From the IMG/VR virus record IMGVR_UViG_3300024999_000092: 64,000 bases of DNA. One strand, 5' to 3'. The notes beneath the pieces were generated by a model. It had not been told where the DNA came from. It did not search any database and was given only the letters and a program-made list of their open reading frames with translations. Below are positions 38,845 through 50,934 of the stretch, piece by piece; the stretch's first letter is position 1, and the number at the start of each line of letters is the position of its first letter. A program made the translations under genes and the position numbers. This DNA is from an uncultured virus (IMG/VR IMGVR_UViG_3300024999_000092). Its lineage: Duplodnaviria; Heunggongvirae; Uroviricota; Caudoviricetes.

Positions 38845-39378
38845 TCAATCTCCCTTCTTCTTCCGCTTCTTCTTGACCTCCGACTTGCCATGCAGAGCGT
38901 CAATAACTTCCTGTTGATATGCCGTCAGACCGTCCGTATTGCCCATATAAGCTAGTCCAATATGCACAAGTACCGCCGCATCCGTTTCGTCGTTTGTACG
39001 GCACTCTATGCCCCATTTTTTGTACGCCGCAACTGCTATTTCTTCCTTGCTTGCGTTAGCCTTTCCGGTTGCGAATTTCTTTAACTGCATAGTCCCAACA
39101 ATTAGCAATTTCTTATTCATTTCTTTAATTAGGACTCTTAATACGCCGCCCAGTTCTCCTATTTGGTGCGCTTGATTAGTTCTTGAAAAGGCATAATCTT
39201 CTAAAACAACTAAGTCGGCAAAGATGATGTTTTCTCTTATTTCTTCCCTTATTTCAATAAGTCTATCTACGCCTTTTAACTTACTTTCTATGCGCTCTGT
39301 AGCAGTTTTTAGGTTAAATCCGTTACTTACCGCTAACCCTGTACCTGTCAGGGACGCATCAATGCCCACGACTTTCAT
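38845..39378 (-). CDS. RuvC-like Holliday junction resolvase
   Basis: VVGIDASLTGTG, VVLED, LKKFATGKANASK, NDETDA. Confidence 0.85.
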   Translation of the reverse strand: MKVVGIDASLTGTGLAVSNGFNLKTATERIESKLKGVDRLIEIREEIRENIIFADLVVLEDYAFSRTNQAHQIGELGGVLRVLIKEMNKKLLIVGTMQLKKFATGKANASKEEIAVAAYKKWGIECRTNDETDAAVLVHIGLAYMGNTDGLTAYQQEVIDALHGKSEVKKKRKKKGD

Positions 39379-40575
39379 TTCTTTTCCTCCAAATGTCCAT
39401 ACGTTTTTCTATCCAACCACCATTGTTCTTTATATAGAAAGCAGTTTTTCTTAACATAGTCCATAACGTCAGTAATGGTTAGTTTGTCCAGCACTTGGCC
39501 GTTTTCTTGACTAGACATTATTTGCCTCATTAAGCAGTCTTTCAAAATGCTCAACACAATCATTAATACAATTAGCATTTTTATCTATATCTAATACGCA
39601 AAAATCCCAATCAGCTAACTTCTCGGCAATTCTCCTGCGTTCTTCTTTCGCCCCGTCCTGCCGAATCTTCTCGACAAGTGCGGATAATTCTTCTTTGTAG
39701 ACGCTCATTTAACACCCTCCAAAATCCTTAAATCCTTCATATTTCCACTTAGGATGATCTATGTTTGGCCTAAAATGTCTACATGGTTTCAGTCTGCCGT
39801 TCTTATGTAGACAGTTTTTGCTTAGTACCCGCATCCACCCCATCTTGCCGGGGTGGAGTTTTGAGAGACACCACCCGCAATGAGGATTTTTCTTTCTCTT
39901 TCTGCGTTTTTTCATTACTGCTTAATATTGCAAATAATGTCCATAATTGCGTAATACTCAGGATTAACAATATGTTTAACCGAATCAACCAACTCGCAAC
40001 ACCCACGAAGACCAGAGAGTATGGCAACGACAGCGACAGCACCAAAACCAATCCAGTCATTATCGCAATCAACGTGTTTATTATTTTCCTTTTTGTTCTT
40101 TATATTGTTTTTTACTTTATTTGCATAAAAACTGCATACAGCAGAAAAGGTTATGGCTGCCAATCCAATAAATACACCACCAACACCATCAGTTATAGCC
40201 TGAGTAGTCAGGATATTGTAAGCATGTTCGGCAGGACTACTTAACCTCTTGCCAACTTCATCTAATATATTTGATACGGTACTAGCGTCTATCATCTTAT
40301 TTCCTCCTAAATAATTTATCTGCGCTTTTTCATCCAAACATCACCCAGTCGCGTAGTCCAACCGGAAAGCGTTTACGCTCCTTCGGTTTTACTTCTATCT
40401 CCGGAGCATTTAAGTCAGGCTTTTTCAAGCTACTCATGCCGTGAATATTTCTCCATCTGCGGATACTGTTTTTACTTCTGACAAATCCGGCGGCACGGTA
40501 AATTTTATATATATCCTTAATTGGCAAATGGAGACTAGCTATTCGCTTTTCCTCGTCGCTCCATGCCCTGCTCAT
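39375..40575 (-). other. Cluster of small hypothetical ORFs (39511-39708, 39709-39915, 39915-40337 membrane, 40330-40575 HTH-like)
   Basis: Overlapping start/stop packing with GGAGG RBSs. Confidence 0.55.
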
Positions 40576-40740
40576 GAAATCAACTCCCTTTCTCGGTTCT
40601 CCCTCCCAACAATTGCACCATAACGATCTTAGTAGTCAACGCATAGTCGGCATAACATTTTACGCATTTTACGGTTGTCGTGCCTGCGCTATATATGTTT
40701 GACCAATTATCCTGACCGCACCCACATTTCCATTTTGCGA

Positions 40741-41076
40741 TCATTTATCATCATCCCGATTAATACTTTGTTCTGCATTAAACTTCACCGGATACCGTTT
40801 CATCAACTTTTCAATATTTTTCACGGCAATAAACTCTAAGTCAACACCTAGACCAACTGCTGACTGAGCCAAATACCATAATATGTCACCCAACTCATAA
40901 ATTAACTTTTCCCTATCAAGTTCGTGATTCTGAAATCTATATTTCTTTAGAATGTCAATTGCTTCTCCTGCTTCACCACAGCAACCCATTAAACCGTTTT
41001 CAATTTTCTCAAATTGTGTTAGTTCCGGGTTTGCGGTACGTTGCGCTAATTCCTGATATTCGTTTAATTTCATCAA
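40741..41076 (-). CDS. MazG-like nucleotide pyrophosphohydrolase
   Basis: LNEYQELAQRT, GEAGEAIDILKK, ELGDILWY, NIEKLMKRYP. Confidence 0.88.
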   Translation of the reverse strand: MMKLNEYQELAQRTANPELTQFEKIENGLMGCCGEAGEAIDILKKYRFQNHELDREKLIYELGDILWYLAQSAVGLGVDLEFIAVKNIEKLMKRYPVKFNAEQSINRDDDK

Positions 41077-41681
41077 TCAGTTACCTCCGGGCCAGAAATT
41101 CCTAAAACAGCATCTTCCGATACATAGTGCTTTAGGTTTTCTCCCCTACATTCAACCGCCTCGCCGTAGGAAAGAGAGCATCCGTCCCTAAATACGTTAT
41201 TCCTATTGCCACAGGTAAAACATCCTCTTAATAACCCCTTATTATTCGTTTCGTTAGTTTTCTTAGGACTATCCTGCTCCCAGAAGCAATAATCACTGGC
41301 CTTGCAAACACGGGTTTTCTCATCAGCGAAATGGCAAATTTTTTCACCATCAACAGTTACAGTGTTTGCGCAACTCACACATGCCTTTCCCGACTTAATA
41401 TTTGCTATTTCAACAACTTCAGCACCCTGCTTCTCCAACTCCACACCGGCCAAGATATGAGAGTAGTCGGAAACCTTTTTCAAATCGTTGAGGTTGCGGG
41501 TATGCTTAAATCTCAAAGCATACTTGACCATGTTGGTAATAGCAAAGTCCTCGAATATACCGTTTGCCATTGCTATTTCTATAGCATCAATGCCGTTATT
41601 CTCTCTAATCTTCACATAGTGCGCGGAACCGTCAGTTTGGCAGTATTCACGGCCTAATTTGCGTACATCTTGTATTGACAT
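41073..41681 (-). CDS. DUF3310-like N-terminal domain with Cys-rich C-terminus
   Basis: GSAHY...IDAIE...NMVKYALR...DLKKV. Confidence 0.6.
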   Translation of the reverse strand: MSIQDVRKLGREYCQTDGSAHYVKIRENNGIDAIEIAMANGIFEDFAITNMVKYALRFKHTRNLNDLKKVSDYSHILAGVELEKQGAEVVEIANIKSGKACVSCANTVTVDGEKICHFADEKTRVCKASDYCFWEQDSPKKTNETNNKGLLRGCFTCGNRNNVFRDGCSLSYGEAVECRGENLKHYVSEDAVLGISGPEVTD

Positions 41682-42289
41682 TACTCAATTACCCCCTCGT
41701 CTGGATTTTCTTTGATAACGGCATCCTGCACCTCATTTATTCCCCTGCGATATAATTCAAGTTCCTGCTGAAATGCTTCCGTTCTAAAATATCCACAACT
41801 GTCCATTTCATAGCAGTAACCGCGATAAACACAGTCCTTGACGCAAACGCTCATTAATTCTTTTTCTTTAAATCCCGATTCGCACAAAAACTCTAACCAT
41901 GCCAATCTAGTTTCCTGAGATGCATTCATACACAACCTTTTGCGACTAATATTAATAATCGCCTGAGCGTTGGCTTCTGCCTCATGTTCAACCTCTGCCC
42001 CCTGCGGCAATTCGTCCCGGTTAACTCCGGTTCTATCTGTGCGCTGAGTCCTCACCCAATGCTCAATGCCGAATTTATGACGGACAAAATGAACACTGAC
42101 CCAACTTTTCAAATTAAACCATTTCCAGTTAATAACTAACTTTCTAATTGGCGAATGTTCCGAAAGTAATAGTCTGCGTTTATAACTACTCGAAGGTTCA
42201 CCTTCTCCGGCACCCATATTTACGGTAGTGCGGGCAGCATCGGCAACGTCACGCCAACTACCTTTTACCGCTAGTATTTTTAAATGCAA
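41681..42289 (-). CDS. Thy1/ThyX-like flavin-dependent thymidylate synthase homologue
   Basis: EHSPIR, HFVRHK-x7-TQR, RLCMNASQETR, CVYRGYCYE. Confidence 0.75.
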   Translation of the reverse strand: MHLKILAVKGSWRDVADAARTTVNMGAGEGEPSSSYKRRLLLSEHSPIRKLVINWKWFNLKSWVSVHFVRHKFGIEHWVRTQRTDRTGVNRDELPQGAEVEHEAEANAQAIINISRKRLCMNASQETRLAWLEFLCESGFKEKELMSVCVKDCVYRGYCYEMDSCGYFRTEAFQQELELYRRGINEVQDAVIKENPDEGVIE

Positions 42290-43527
42290 CTACTTTTCCT
42301 CCTCTATTTTTTTTGTAACTTTAATGCTTGCGCTAATTCTTCCGCCAATAAAACCACTTATCGCGAAACCTGCAAACATAATGGCAAGTCCGAATATCTG
42401 ATCTACCCTACAACCAATTAACGTACCAGCCATAACGCTAAAAATCTCTATCGTGCTAAATTTAGCCTTAGATATGGAATTCAGAAACTTTTTCACTTAC
42501 TTACCCCCTTCTTCCTAGGCAAATTAACTTTAGCGGCAGCCTTAAATTCCTCATAAAGTTTCTGCCGGTCCTGCTTTGGCCTACTTATTTTACGTCCCAT
42601 AGTCCCTCCCATATTAAGTTTAATTATACCGCAAACGGTAGATCATTTCCTGCCAATCCACCGACAAAATCTTCTCCATGCGGTGTTTTCGAGTTCGTCA
42701 AGTCTAGCGGCAAGTGCCATAATAATTTCCTGCGCATCGTCCAAATTATTACTCAGCAACTTAATCTGATAGTCGAAGTTACTTTGTTTTAGCGTTTCCA
42801 CATCGTCAGATAGAACGTCCTGCAATTCCTCGGCAATAGTTAACCTCGCAAGAATATTGGTTAAAACTTCCTCTACGCCCCTATTAATTTCTATCTGCTT
42901 TTTAAATTTTATGTCGGTTAATTTGCCAAGAAAAATAACTCTTTGCTTCAAACTACCGATCTTTCCTGCCGTTCTACCCATCCTTCACCACCTCCAAATT
43001 TCTGGGAAAGTGAAAACTGTAGTTATTTACACCAAAGTAAACATAGCACAAACCGTTTTTGTATATCGACCTTACCTCGCCCTCTTTGTCCTTATTGCGA
43101 CCACGGAGAGGTTTTACCGTGTCGTTAACTTCAATCATAGACATTCGCCCTTACCGCTATTTCGCCAAATCATCACGCCTGCTGTTGCGCTCACACATAC
43201 TATTGGATTGGCGAAACTCTCTTCCATACTCCAAGGTTTATCCGGGGGCCTAATATTTCCTTCTAATTTCTGCCTTGAAAAGAGATTCACAAATCTATTA
43301 TCCTTTCCTCTCTGCACATAAGATGTTGGGCCTGTGTATTTATCGGGAGCAACAAGGTTTCTAGCACCTTTATTAGCCCTCGGCATACCGTGTTTTTTCA
43401 TGTATGCGCCCATTTGTTGCTCTGACATTAGTAAATTTACTCCAATATTGGAGAGTGATGTTTTACTGCCCCATTGCTTCATGTATTCCAATTCTTCTTT
43501 TAATAAAACCCTTGCTAGTGGTGGCAT
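42290..43527 (-). other. Small hypothetical ORFs (42290-42496 membrane, 42643-42981 coiled coil, 43135-43527)
   Basis: ORF track plus RBSs. Confidence 0.55.
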
Positions 43528-43636
43528 TTTAAACCTCCTTCTACGCCCATTTTACGACAGCAGGTACAAAACTATTCCTGCAATATTAAGTCGCCTGTAC
43601 GGGGCTAATTTTGCCGTTATTTTTGATTCTAACTGA

Positions 43637-43963
43637 CTAACTATCCTGCATTTTTAAATGCTCGGCAACTGTCGCTAAGAAGTTACTGACGGTAGGCGGT
43701 TTAGTTGCGTTCATGCGAAACATTTCGACATATTCAACAGTACCATTTTCCTGAGTTTCCTTAATCGCGTGCCTAATACTTCTCTCAACTCTCTTGCCGG
43801 TTGTGCTGAATTTATCCGCTACCTTGTCGTAAGTATCACACCAACGATAAGCGGAGTTTGGAGTATCTAGGGTTATCTGAATTGCTTCTTTTGCGTATAG
43901 ATAGCCGGACATTTCCGGCGGTACTCCTAAGTCTAGGAGTGTTTTTGTGGTTTTGTTTTTCAT
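43637..43963 (-). CDS. Spo0A C-terminal DNA-binding domain homologue (no receiver domain)
   Basis: LLDLGVPPEMSGYLYAKEAI, YDKVADKFSTTGKRVERSIRHAI, KPPTVSNFLATVAEHL match the Spo0A_C pattern. Confidence 0.88.
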   Translation of the reverse strand: MKNKTTKTLLDLGVPPEMSGYLYAKEAIQITLDTPNSAYRWCDTYDKVADKFSTTGKRVERSIRHAIKETQENGTVEYVEMFRMNATKPPTVSNFLATVAEHLKMQDS

Positions 43964-44910
43964 TGGAGATCTCCTTTCATAGTCTTAACTATTTGTTTGG
44001 CTAATTTTTCAGCTAATAAACAAGGTACTCCATTTCCGACTATGCGGTACTGCGCTGATAAACTAATACTATCGTCAAAATTATACCAATCGGGAATGGA
44101 TTGTATCCGCATACACTCTCGTACGGTAAAACGTCTATATTGACCTTCGCATAACTCAGGATGCACAAACGCCTTACCCTCGTTAAATATCCTACCTTGA
44201 ATGGTCGGTGAAGGTTTATCCCATTCGTTCACCCTGAAGCTAAATGCGCCCATTTTATTACTACCGTAACGTCTCTCGTAACCCTCTATTGCCTTTTCGT
44301 TTATTGCTTTAACCTCATTGTTCGGCAAGGCAGGCAAGTCACCTACAACATCCCTCAATACCTTGCGCTCACTCTCCGGTATCGGTTCCGGCCATTCAAA
44401 AGCAACATTCAAATCCTTCCTTATACCAACGATAAACACTCTTTCGCGGTTCTGCGCTACCCCATAATGCCAGGCGTTAAGAACTTTCCAATCAACTGCA
44501 TAACCTAAATTGTCAAACTCTTGCAAGAGTTTATTAAAAGTGTCGATATGTTTCTTACTCACAAGTCCCTTGACATTTTCAAATAAAAACCATTTTGGCT
44601 TTAACTCGTCGATTTTATTTAGGTAGTCATAAACGAGTTTACCGCGATCTCCGGTTTCCCCTGCGCCCCTGCCCGCCCGTGAATAATCTTGACATGGTGG
44701 ACCACCTATTAACCCATCAACCTCACCGGATATACTCTTAAAACTTGTCTTAGTTACATCAATACACCAAACATGATGACCGATATTATCGGTGTATGCC
44801 TTAACTGCTTTCGGGTCCGTATCATAGGCAAGAACAATATCGAAGTCCTGCATAAATCCTATATCTAAAAACCCACCACCGGAGAATATACTTACTACTT
44901 TAGGTTTCAA
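43960..44910 (-). CDS. C5-cytosine DNA methyltransferase
   Basis: FSGGG, GGPPCQ, FENVKG, QNRERVF, RRFTVRECMRIQ, YRIVGNGV. Confidence 0.93.
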   Translation of the reverse strand: MKPKVVSIFSGGGFLDIGFMQDFDIVLAYDTDPKAVKAYTDNIGHHVWCIDVTKTSFKSISGEVDGLIGGPPCQDYSRAGRGAGETGDRGKLVYDYLNKIDELKPKWFLFENVKGLVSKKHIDTFNKLLQEFDNLGYAVDWKVLNAWHYGVAQNRERVFIVGIRKDLNVAFEWPEPIPESERKVLRDVVGDLPALPNNEVKAINEKAIEGYERRYGSNKMGAFSFRVNEWDKPSPTIQGRIFNEGKAFVHPELCEGQYRRFTVRECMRIQSIPDWYNFDDSISLSAQYRIVGNGVPCLLAEKLAKQIVKTMKGDLQ

Positions 44911-45111
44911 TTAACTACCTCCACCGCCGCCACGCAATACCCCGGAGACATTCCATCCCTAAAATCGTGCAGCGTAACTCCCCTGCGATCCCGGAACATA
45001 TTCCGGTACTTCTCGTCGTACCATTTGCGGTTGCCATCGTTAGGCAAGTCAACGACGATTTTTAGCTTAGGTTGTCTGTGACGTTTCTGTTTTGGCATTT
45101 GCGGTTGCCTC

Positions 45112-45504
45112 CTATATCTCAGTTAACTCTGTTTTATCAATTTTTTCGGCGCAGTATCCGCAAATTTCTTCGCCACCCTTATTCCTGTACCAACTACAAT
45201 CCTGAGCTGTCATATTATCTCCACAAACACTGCACTCATAAGAGATATAGTCTAATGGGTTATAGCCGCCAATATTTACTCCTACATTTTTTTCTAAATC
45301 AACTACTGTCGATTGAAGGACGGAAACCTCAACAATATCTCCATCTTCTAAAGTTCCGCCAACATCGCTATGCTTACCTAATACCTCTCCAAATTGAACA
45401 TCCTTACCTATAGCGGATTTAACTTCCTGCTCAGTGGCTATAAATAAACCTTCAAGACTACCCATTCTTCCGAAGTCACACTCAAATTTATATAGCTTTC
45501 TCAT
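45112..45504 (-). CDS. Hypothetical protein with C-terminal Zn-finger
   Basis: GRMGSLEGLFIA...FGEVLGKHS; CSVC...CGYC. Confidence 0.65.
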   Translation of the reverse strand: MRKLYKFECDFGRMGSLEGLFIATEQEVKSAIGKDVQFGEVLGKHSDVGGTLEDGDIVEVSVLQSTVVDLEKNVGVNIGGYNPLDYISYECSVCGDNMTAQDCSWYRNKGGEEICGYCAEKIDKTELTEI

Positions 45505-45832
45505 TTGTTTTCCTCCTATAAATAATAGTTTTCAATGATATACTGCACAGCATTTTCCAAATCCTCACAATGCCGTGTAATCCTGCCCTTAATATGCGGA
45601 TGATTGATGATGTTGTAGGCAGTACCTCATGCAATCACTGGTTTTCCCTCGGCATATTTAGTTATTGGTTTCATTTGGTTCCTCCTAATTTAAAACAGTC
45701 CAAGTTATTACTACAAATGCAGCAACTACTGATACAAATTTTATCAATTCAAGCAAATTAGTCCCTATTTCTAACATAATAATCCTCCTATATTCAGAAT
45801 ATTCCTACCGCTTACGGTTGGCCGGGGTGTGG

Positions 45833-46531
45833 TTAAGCCTTAGATAATCTTTTCTGCATCCTAATATCCATATCAGCTTCAACCTTAATCGGCTGACATA
45901 GTTGAATAATTCTACTTGCAGCACGTTCCCCAATAAACTTGTCCATTTCCTCTAAACTAAGGTTAGTCGTTATGACCGTTGGTAGGTTAAAGTTAATTCT
46001 GTGATTTAAGATAGTGAATAATTTACCTTGGGCCCACTCCGTATATTGATGCGCCCCCAGGTCGTCAAGTATCAGCACATGCACTTCTCTAGCGGTATCA
46101 AGCAAATCTTTTTCGTTGTAGTCCGGTTGACCCTCGCCTTTATTGTAAGTACTCTTAATTTGGTCTAACAGGTCCGGTACTACGGTAAATAGTGTTGCTA
46201 TGTTTTTGCGAATAAGTATATTTGCTATACAACAAGCCAAGTAAGTTTTGCCATGCCCTGCACGTCCGGTAAGCATTAAACCATCTGCCTGCTGATTATC
46301 AACTACTGCTCGACAAAAATCTTGCGCCAGTTGGACTGCTATTTTTATGTCGTCAAGGTTATTTTTGTAGTAGTCATAGTTGAAGTTAGAAAAAGAACTT
46401 GTTAACATTTGTTTACTTAGTTTAGAGTCTTTGAATTTGTTAAGTATTTTCTTTTTTATCATACATTCGCAGATTTTAAAGGTTGTATCTTCTACCTGCA
46501 CTATTCCGCGATCTCCGCATATATCACACAT
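45833..46531 (-). CDS. DnaC/IstB-like helicase-loader ATPase
   Basis: N-terminal CxxC/CxC, GRAGHGKT, LILDDLG, TTNL. Confidence 0.9.
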   Translation of the reverse strand: MCDICGDRGIVQVEDTTFKICECMIKKKILNKFKDSKLSKQMLTSSFSNFNYDYYKNNLDDIKIAVQLAQDFCRAVVDNQQADGLMLTGRAGHGKTYLACCIANILIRKNIATLFTVVPDLLDQIKSTYNKGEGQPDYNEKDLLDTAREVHVLILDDLGAHQYTEWAQGKLFTILNHRINFNLPTVITTNLSLEEMDKFIGERAASRIIQLCQPIKVEADMDIRMQKRLSKA

Positions 46532-46542
46532 ATATTAATCAC

Positions 46543-47325
<783 letters not shown>

Positions 47326-47396
47326 CTATTACCTCCCTCTCTCACAAGTCCCCGGAGCAGTCCCGGCAATAACGGCGGTTGCTCCTTTGCCGTTAA

Positions 47397-48128
47397 CTAA
47401 CTAACAACCAATCCGGTAACAACACGGTTAAGGCCAAAAGTAGAATTTATAATGTGAAGCATTTCCTTCTCTGTGCGATAACCCTTAACTCTTCCCTTTT
47501 CATCATAAACTTTGAGCATTTCCTTGGAAACTTTGTATTTATACATTGAAGTACCTCCTAAATTTATTTTACAAGACGGCAATATCATCAAATCCTCTTA
47601 TTTCTCTCCCGGTTCTTATTTCTATACTTCTTAATCATAAATTCCAGGAAATCTTTATATAAACCGAACTGTCTTAGAGTTATGGTAAATAATTTTTCTA
47701 TCCAGTACAGGACAAAATAAGTTATTATTCCGGCACCTAAAAGTGCATCAACATAGAATGATATATCTTTTAAAATATCTGGTATTGTCATAAATTCCTC
47801 CAAGTCCATCCACGCCATTCAACTTCACTCGCCAAACTTGACCAATTCATGCCGCAATACTCCGATAACTTCTGAAGGTTATCCACATAAACGACACGTT
47901 CTTCCCAGTCAATGACGAAAAGAACAATACCAGATATTTCCAGAGTCTTATTTGGGTCCGCTATTTTCATACCTGCTCCCTCATATACTGCACAATCAAC
48001 TTATCCAACTCCTGACTGGCCTTAACTACGTCAGTAGCGGTCAAGTTAAAATCAGTCACGGCATCGTACATTTTTTGTTGCGCTACCTTAATTTGTTGTG
48101 ATAGTGCTTGTCTTTCCGTATTGGACAT
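47397..48128 (-). other. Small hypothetical ORFs (47397-47591, 47588-47818, 47788-47970 and one upstream)
   Basis: Packed minus-strand ORFs. Confidence 0.5.
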
Positions 48129-48140
48129 TTGATCTACCTC

Positions 48141-49097
48141 CTATTCCACATAATCTAATAATGTAGGTTGTTTCTCTAATTCCTTCTTAACTGCCGCTTC
48201 CATATTTCCAACACCCTGAGCAAAGTAACTATCCTTCAACTCGATACCGACAAACTTTCTGCCCATTTCAATTGCCTTGTACCCTACCGACATTATGCCA
48301 CCAAACGGGTCACATACAACGTCACCGGGATTAGACCATAACTGCAAGCACCTTTCAATAACGTCTAACTGTAGAGGGCAAATGTGTCTCTCGTCTGCTT
48401 CATCTCTAGCACTTTTGCGCTGCAATGTGTTGCTTTGGTTAATATCCATCCATACCGGCGAAGCGTATCTCTGCCATATCTGGATTGACTTTTTAACATC
48501 GTTGCCCTGTTGTTTATAGTTAAGTACATTCTCGGCATCGTCACCGGCATAATAGGTCAACTCTCCCATAATCGCTTCTGGATTTACCCCTGGTTTTCGC
48601 ATAACCACCAAATAATCCGGCACTCCCTGGCGACTCATTGCGCTGTCTTTACATAGTTGCTTATGGAGCAATCCCAATGATTTAGTCCTCTGCATTTCGG
48701 TAACAGGATTTTTCCAAATGGTAACTTTTGAGTGATAGACAAATCCCGCATTTTCAAACATTTTACGAATAACAGCAGGAAAGTCTCTTAATCCGATAAT
48801 TCCGTCCCTGGATTTTAATAGCGGCAGATCCATACAGTGAATAATACATAACCTGCCCGGCATCATTTTTTGATATAACGAGTTGACCAAGAATCTAAAA
48901 TGCTTCATAAACTGCTTAGAATTAGAACTATTACCCATATCCCTTTCGCTGTTTGAATAGCAATATAAGTTTTCAAATGGCGGCGAAAAGATTGAGCAAT
49001 GAATAGAATTGTCCGGCAGACCGTTTATAATTTCTACATTGTCGCCATGATAGATTGAATAATCACGTGTTATTGCCTGTCCTATTACTTTAATCAA
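48141..49097 (-). CDS. N4-C/N6-A DNA methyltransferase (beta class)
   Basis: SIFSPPF, HICPLQLDVIER, DPFGGIMSVG, GIELKDSY. Confidence 0.85.
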   Translation of the reverse strand: MIKVIGQAITRDYSIYHGDNVEIINGLPDNSIHCSIFSPPFENLYCYSNSERDMGNSSNSKQFMKHFRFLVNSLYQKMMPGRLCIIHCMDLPLLKSRDGIIGLRDFPAVIRKMFENAGFVYHSKVTIWKNPVTEMQRTKSLGLLHKQLCKDSAMSRQGVPDYLVVMRKPGVNPEAIMGELTYYAGDDAENVLNYKQQGNDVKKSIQIWQRYASPVWMDINQSNTLQRKSARDEADERHICPLQLDVIERCLQLWSNPGDVVCDPFGGIMSVGYKAIEMGRKFVGIELKDSYFAQGVGNMEAAVKKELEKQPTLLDYVE

Positions 49098-49110
49098 TTA
49101 GGTATCCCCT

Positions 49111-50472
49111 TTACGCTGATTTTAGCCATTCTGGTATTTGCATTATTTCTTGTGGGTCATAGATTGTCGCATCCCTAAGTGTCGCTCTTATATTTTCAGC
49201 ACAGATACTTTGTGTAGCGGCAATCATCCCAGACAACATTTCCTGGAATTCCTGCTCTTTACGATTAATGTTTTCAACTACTGCTCCCTCTGCCTCTGAA
49301 GTAATAACATACACATTAACGGGTTTTGTTTGTCCGAATCTCCAGCAACGGCGCACAGCTTGAAAATACTGCTCGAAAGAATCTGATAATCCGACAAACG
49401 CCATATTGCTGCATACTTGCATATTAATTCCGAATCCGCATATTGACGCTTTAGAAACAAGTATTGGTATCTCTCCAGCTGAAAACTCGGCTATTGTCTT
49501 TTCCTTATACTCCGGTTTATGACTACCTCTGATTTCTATAGCATCTTGAATAGACTTAGTAAGTTTGTCCGATTCATCATTTAATCCACACCACACCAAC
49601 CAGTTTTCTTTTGATTGATTAATCAATTCAGCGGCGGCGGCAACCCTAAAATCAACACTTTCCTTCCGCGCTTTCCTGCGCTCTGTCATAGTTTTCGCTT
49701 CCGGTCCATCCGTCGGTACTACTACTGAATGAATATTTAGCGGTGGCAATTGATACTCTGTATCCTCATATCCCAGGTCAGAAGGGTTCTGTAACATAAC
49801 AGCCCATGATGCAACCCAAGTCCAAAACGATTCCCTAACGTGTCCCTTTAGTCGCCATTTAGACGTATCACCACCATCATGCACAAACCACATAGCAAGC
49901 ATTTCTGACCGCTTCATCACTCCCAAAAACTCAGCATGGTTACACAACTCCATAATATCGTTTGGTGCAGGAGTGGCGGTACATGCTAGTCGGTAAGGTG
50001 TTTTGCTGAATGATTCTATAATCTGATTCCTTACCTTTCCAGTAAATGACTTCAAAATACTGGATTCATCAAGTACAACCCCAATAAAATGTTCAAGGTT
50101 AAACTTATGCAACATTTCATAGTTAGTTATGGTGATACCTGGCATAATTTCTTCTTGACTTCGGCAATAATTAACCTCGATACCAAACTTTTCACCTTCG
50201 CGAACTGTCTGCTGTGCAACCGCTAAAGGTGCTACAATAAGTACGTCGCCTCCGGTATATATACAAACTTTATTTGCATATTCAAGTTGCATAAAGGTTT
50301 TGCCAAGTCCGGTCCCGGCAAATATCGCTGCCCGACCTTTCTGTAGTGACCATCTCACAATATCGCTCTGAAATAATTTTGCGTGAATATTTATATCGTC
50401 TGCCGATACCCTGAAACCTACGCTATCGACAAATAATTTCTTGCTCTCTAAAAACTCTTTATAATCAACCAA
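49111..50472 (-). CDS. SNF2-like superfamily 2 helicase
   Basis: GTGLGKT, LDESS, TATPAPND, GFGINMQ, QAVRRCWRFGQ. Confidence 0.88.
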   Translation of the reverse strand: MVDYKEFLESKKLFVDSVGFRVSADDINIHAKLFQSDIVRWSLQKGRAAIFAGTGLGKTFMQLEYANKVCIYTGGDVLIVAPLAVAQQTVREGEKFGIEVNYCRSQEEIMPGITITNYEMLHKFNLEHFIGVVLDESSILKSFTGKVRNQIIESFSKTPYRLACTATPAPNDIMELCNHAEFLGVMKRSEMLAMWFVHDGGDTSKWRLKGHVRESFWTWVASWAVMLQNPSDLGYEDTEYQLPPLNIHSVVVPTDGPEAKTMTERRKARKESVDFRVAAAAELINQSKENWLVWCGLNDESDKLTKSIQDAIEIRGSHKPEYKEKTIAEFSAGEIPILVSKASICGFGINMQVCSNMAFVGLSDSFEQYFQAVRRCWRFGQTKPVNVYVITSEAEGAVVENINRKEQEFQEMLSGMIAATQSICAENIRATLRDATIYDPQEIMQIPEWLKSA

Positions 50473-50517
50473 CTAACTACCTCCCGTTCAAAGTTTCTGT
50501 CTACCGGATACAGTAGG

Positions 50518-50934
50518 TCAACGTAACCCTAAAGAACTTTCGATAACCTGTCTGCTCTGCTCGGTATGCTGTTCGCCGCCCAAAATCATCGAATGTGCAA
50601 GTGCTAGTGCTTTGCGAAGTTTAGTAATAGTCGCTATGGACAACTTATGCACCTCTAAAGTTTCCTCCATAAGTTTAATATCTTCTGTGCGATGCAATGA
50701 TAATTTGACTACTTCTAAGTTCAACCTCTTAACCTCTGCCTCTGCCGCAATTGCTCGGTTAATTGCCTCTGGCCAACCTTCGCGGGATTCTGATATAAAT
50801 ATTGCATCTAAGGTGCTATCACATTCCACTACCACTAAATTGTTGGCATCGCTAACAACTAAATCTTCGTTTAGATTCCATGGTCCACGCGCGGCATCTT
50901 TACAAACCCCTAAATCCTTCTTTAAGTCTCTCAC
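50518..50934 (-). CDS. Ead/Ea22-like hypothetical protein
   Basis: AARGPW...DAIFISESREGWP. Confidence 0.55.
   Translation of the reverse strand: MRDLKKDLGVCKDAARGPWNLNEDLVVSDANNLVVVECDSTLDAIFISESREGWPEAINRAIAAEAEVKRLNLEVVKLSLHRTEDIKLMEETLEVHKLSIATITKLRKALALAHSMILGGEQHTEQSRQVIESSLGLR

Noticed and set aside
47341..47400. Pseudoknot as an HDV-like, twister or pistol ribozyme
   Set aside because: Lacks P3/P1.1 and the conserved catalytic-core residues; kept only as a generic pseudoknot
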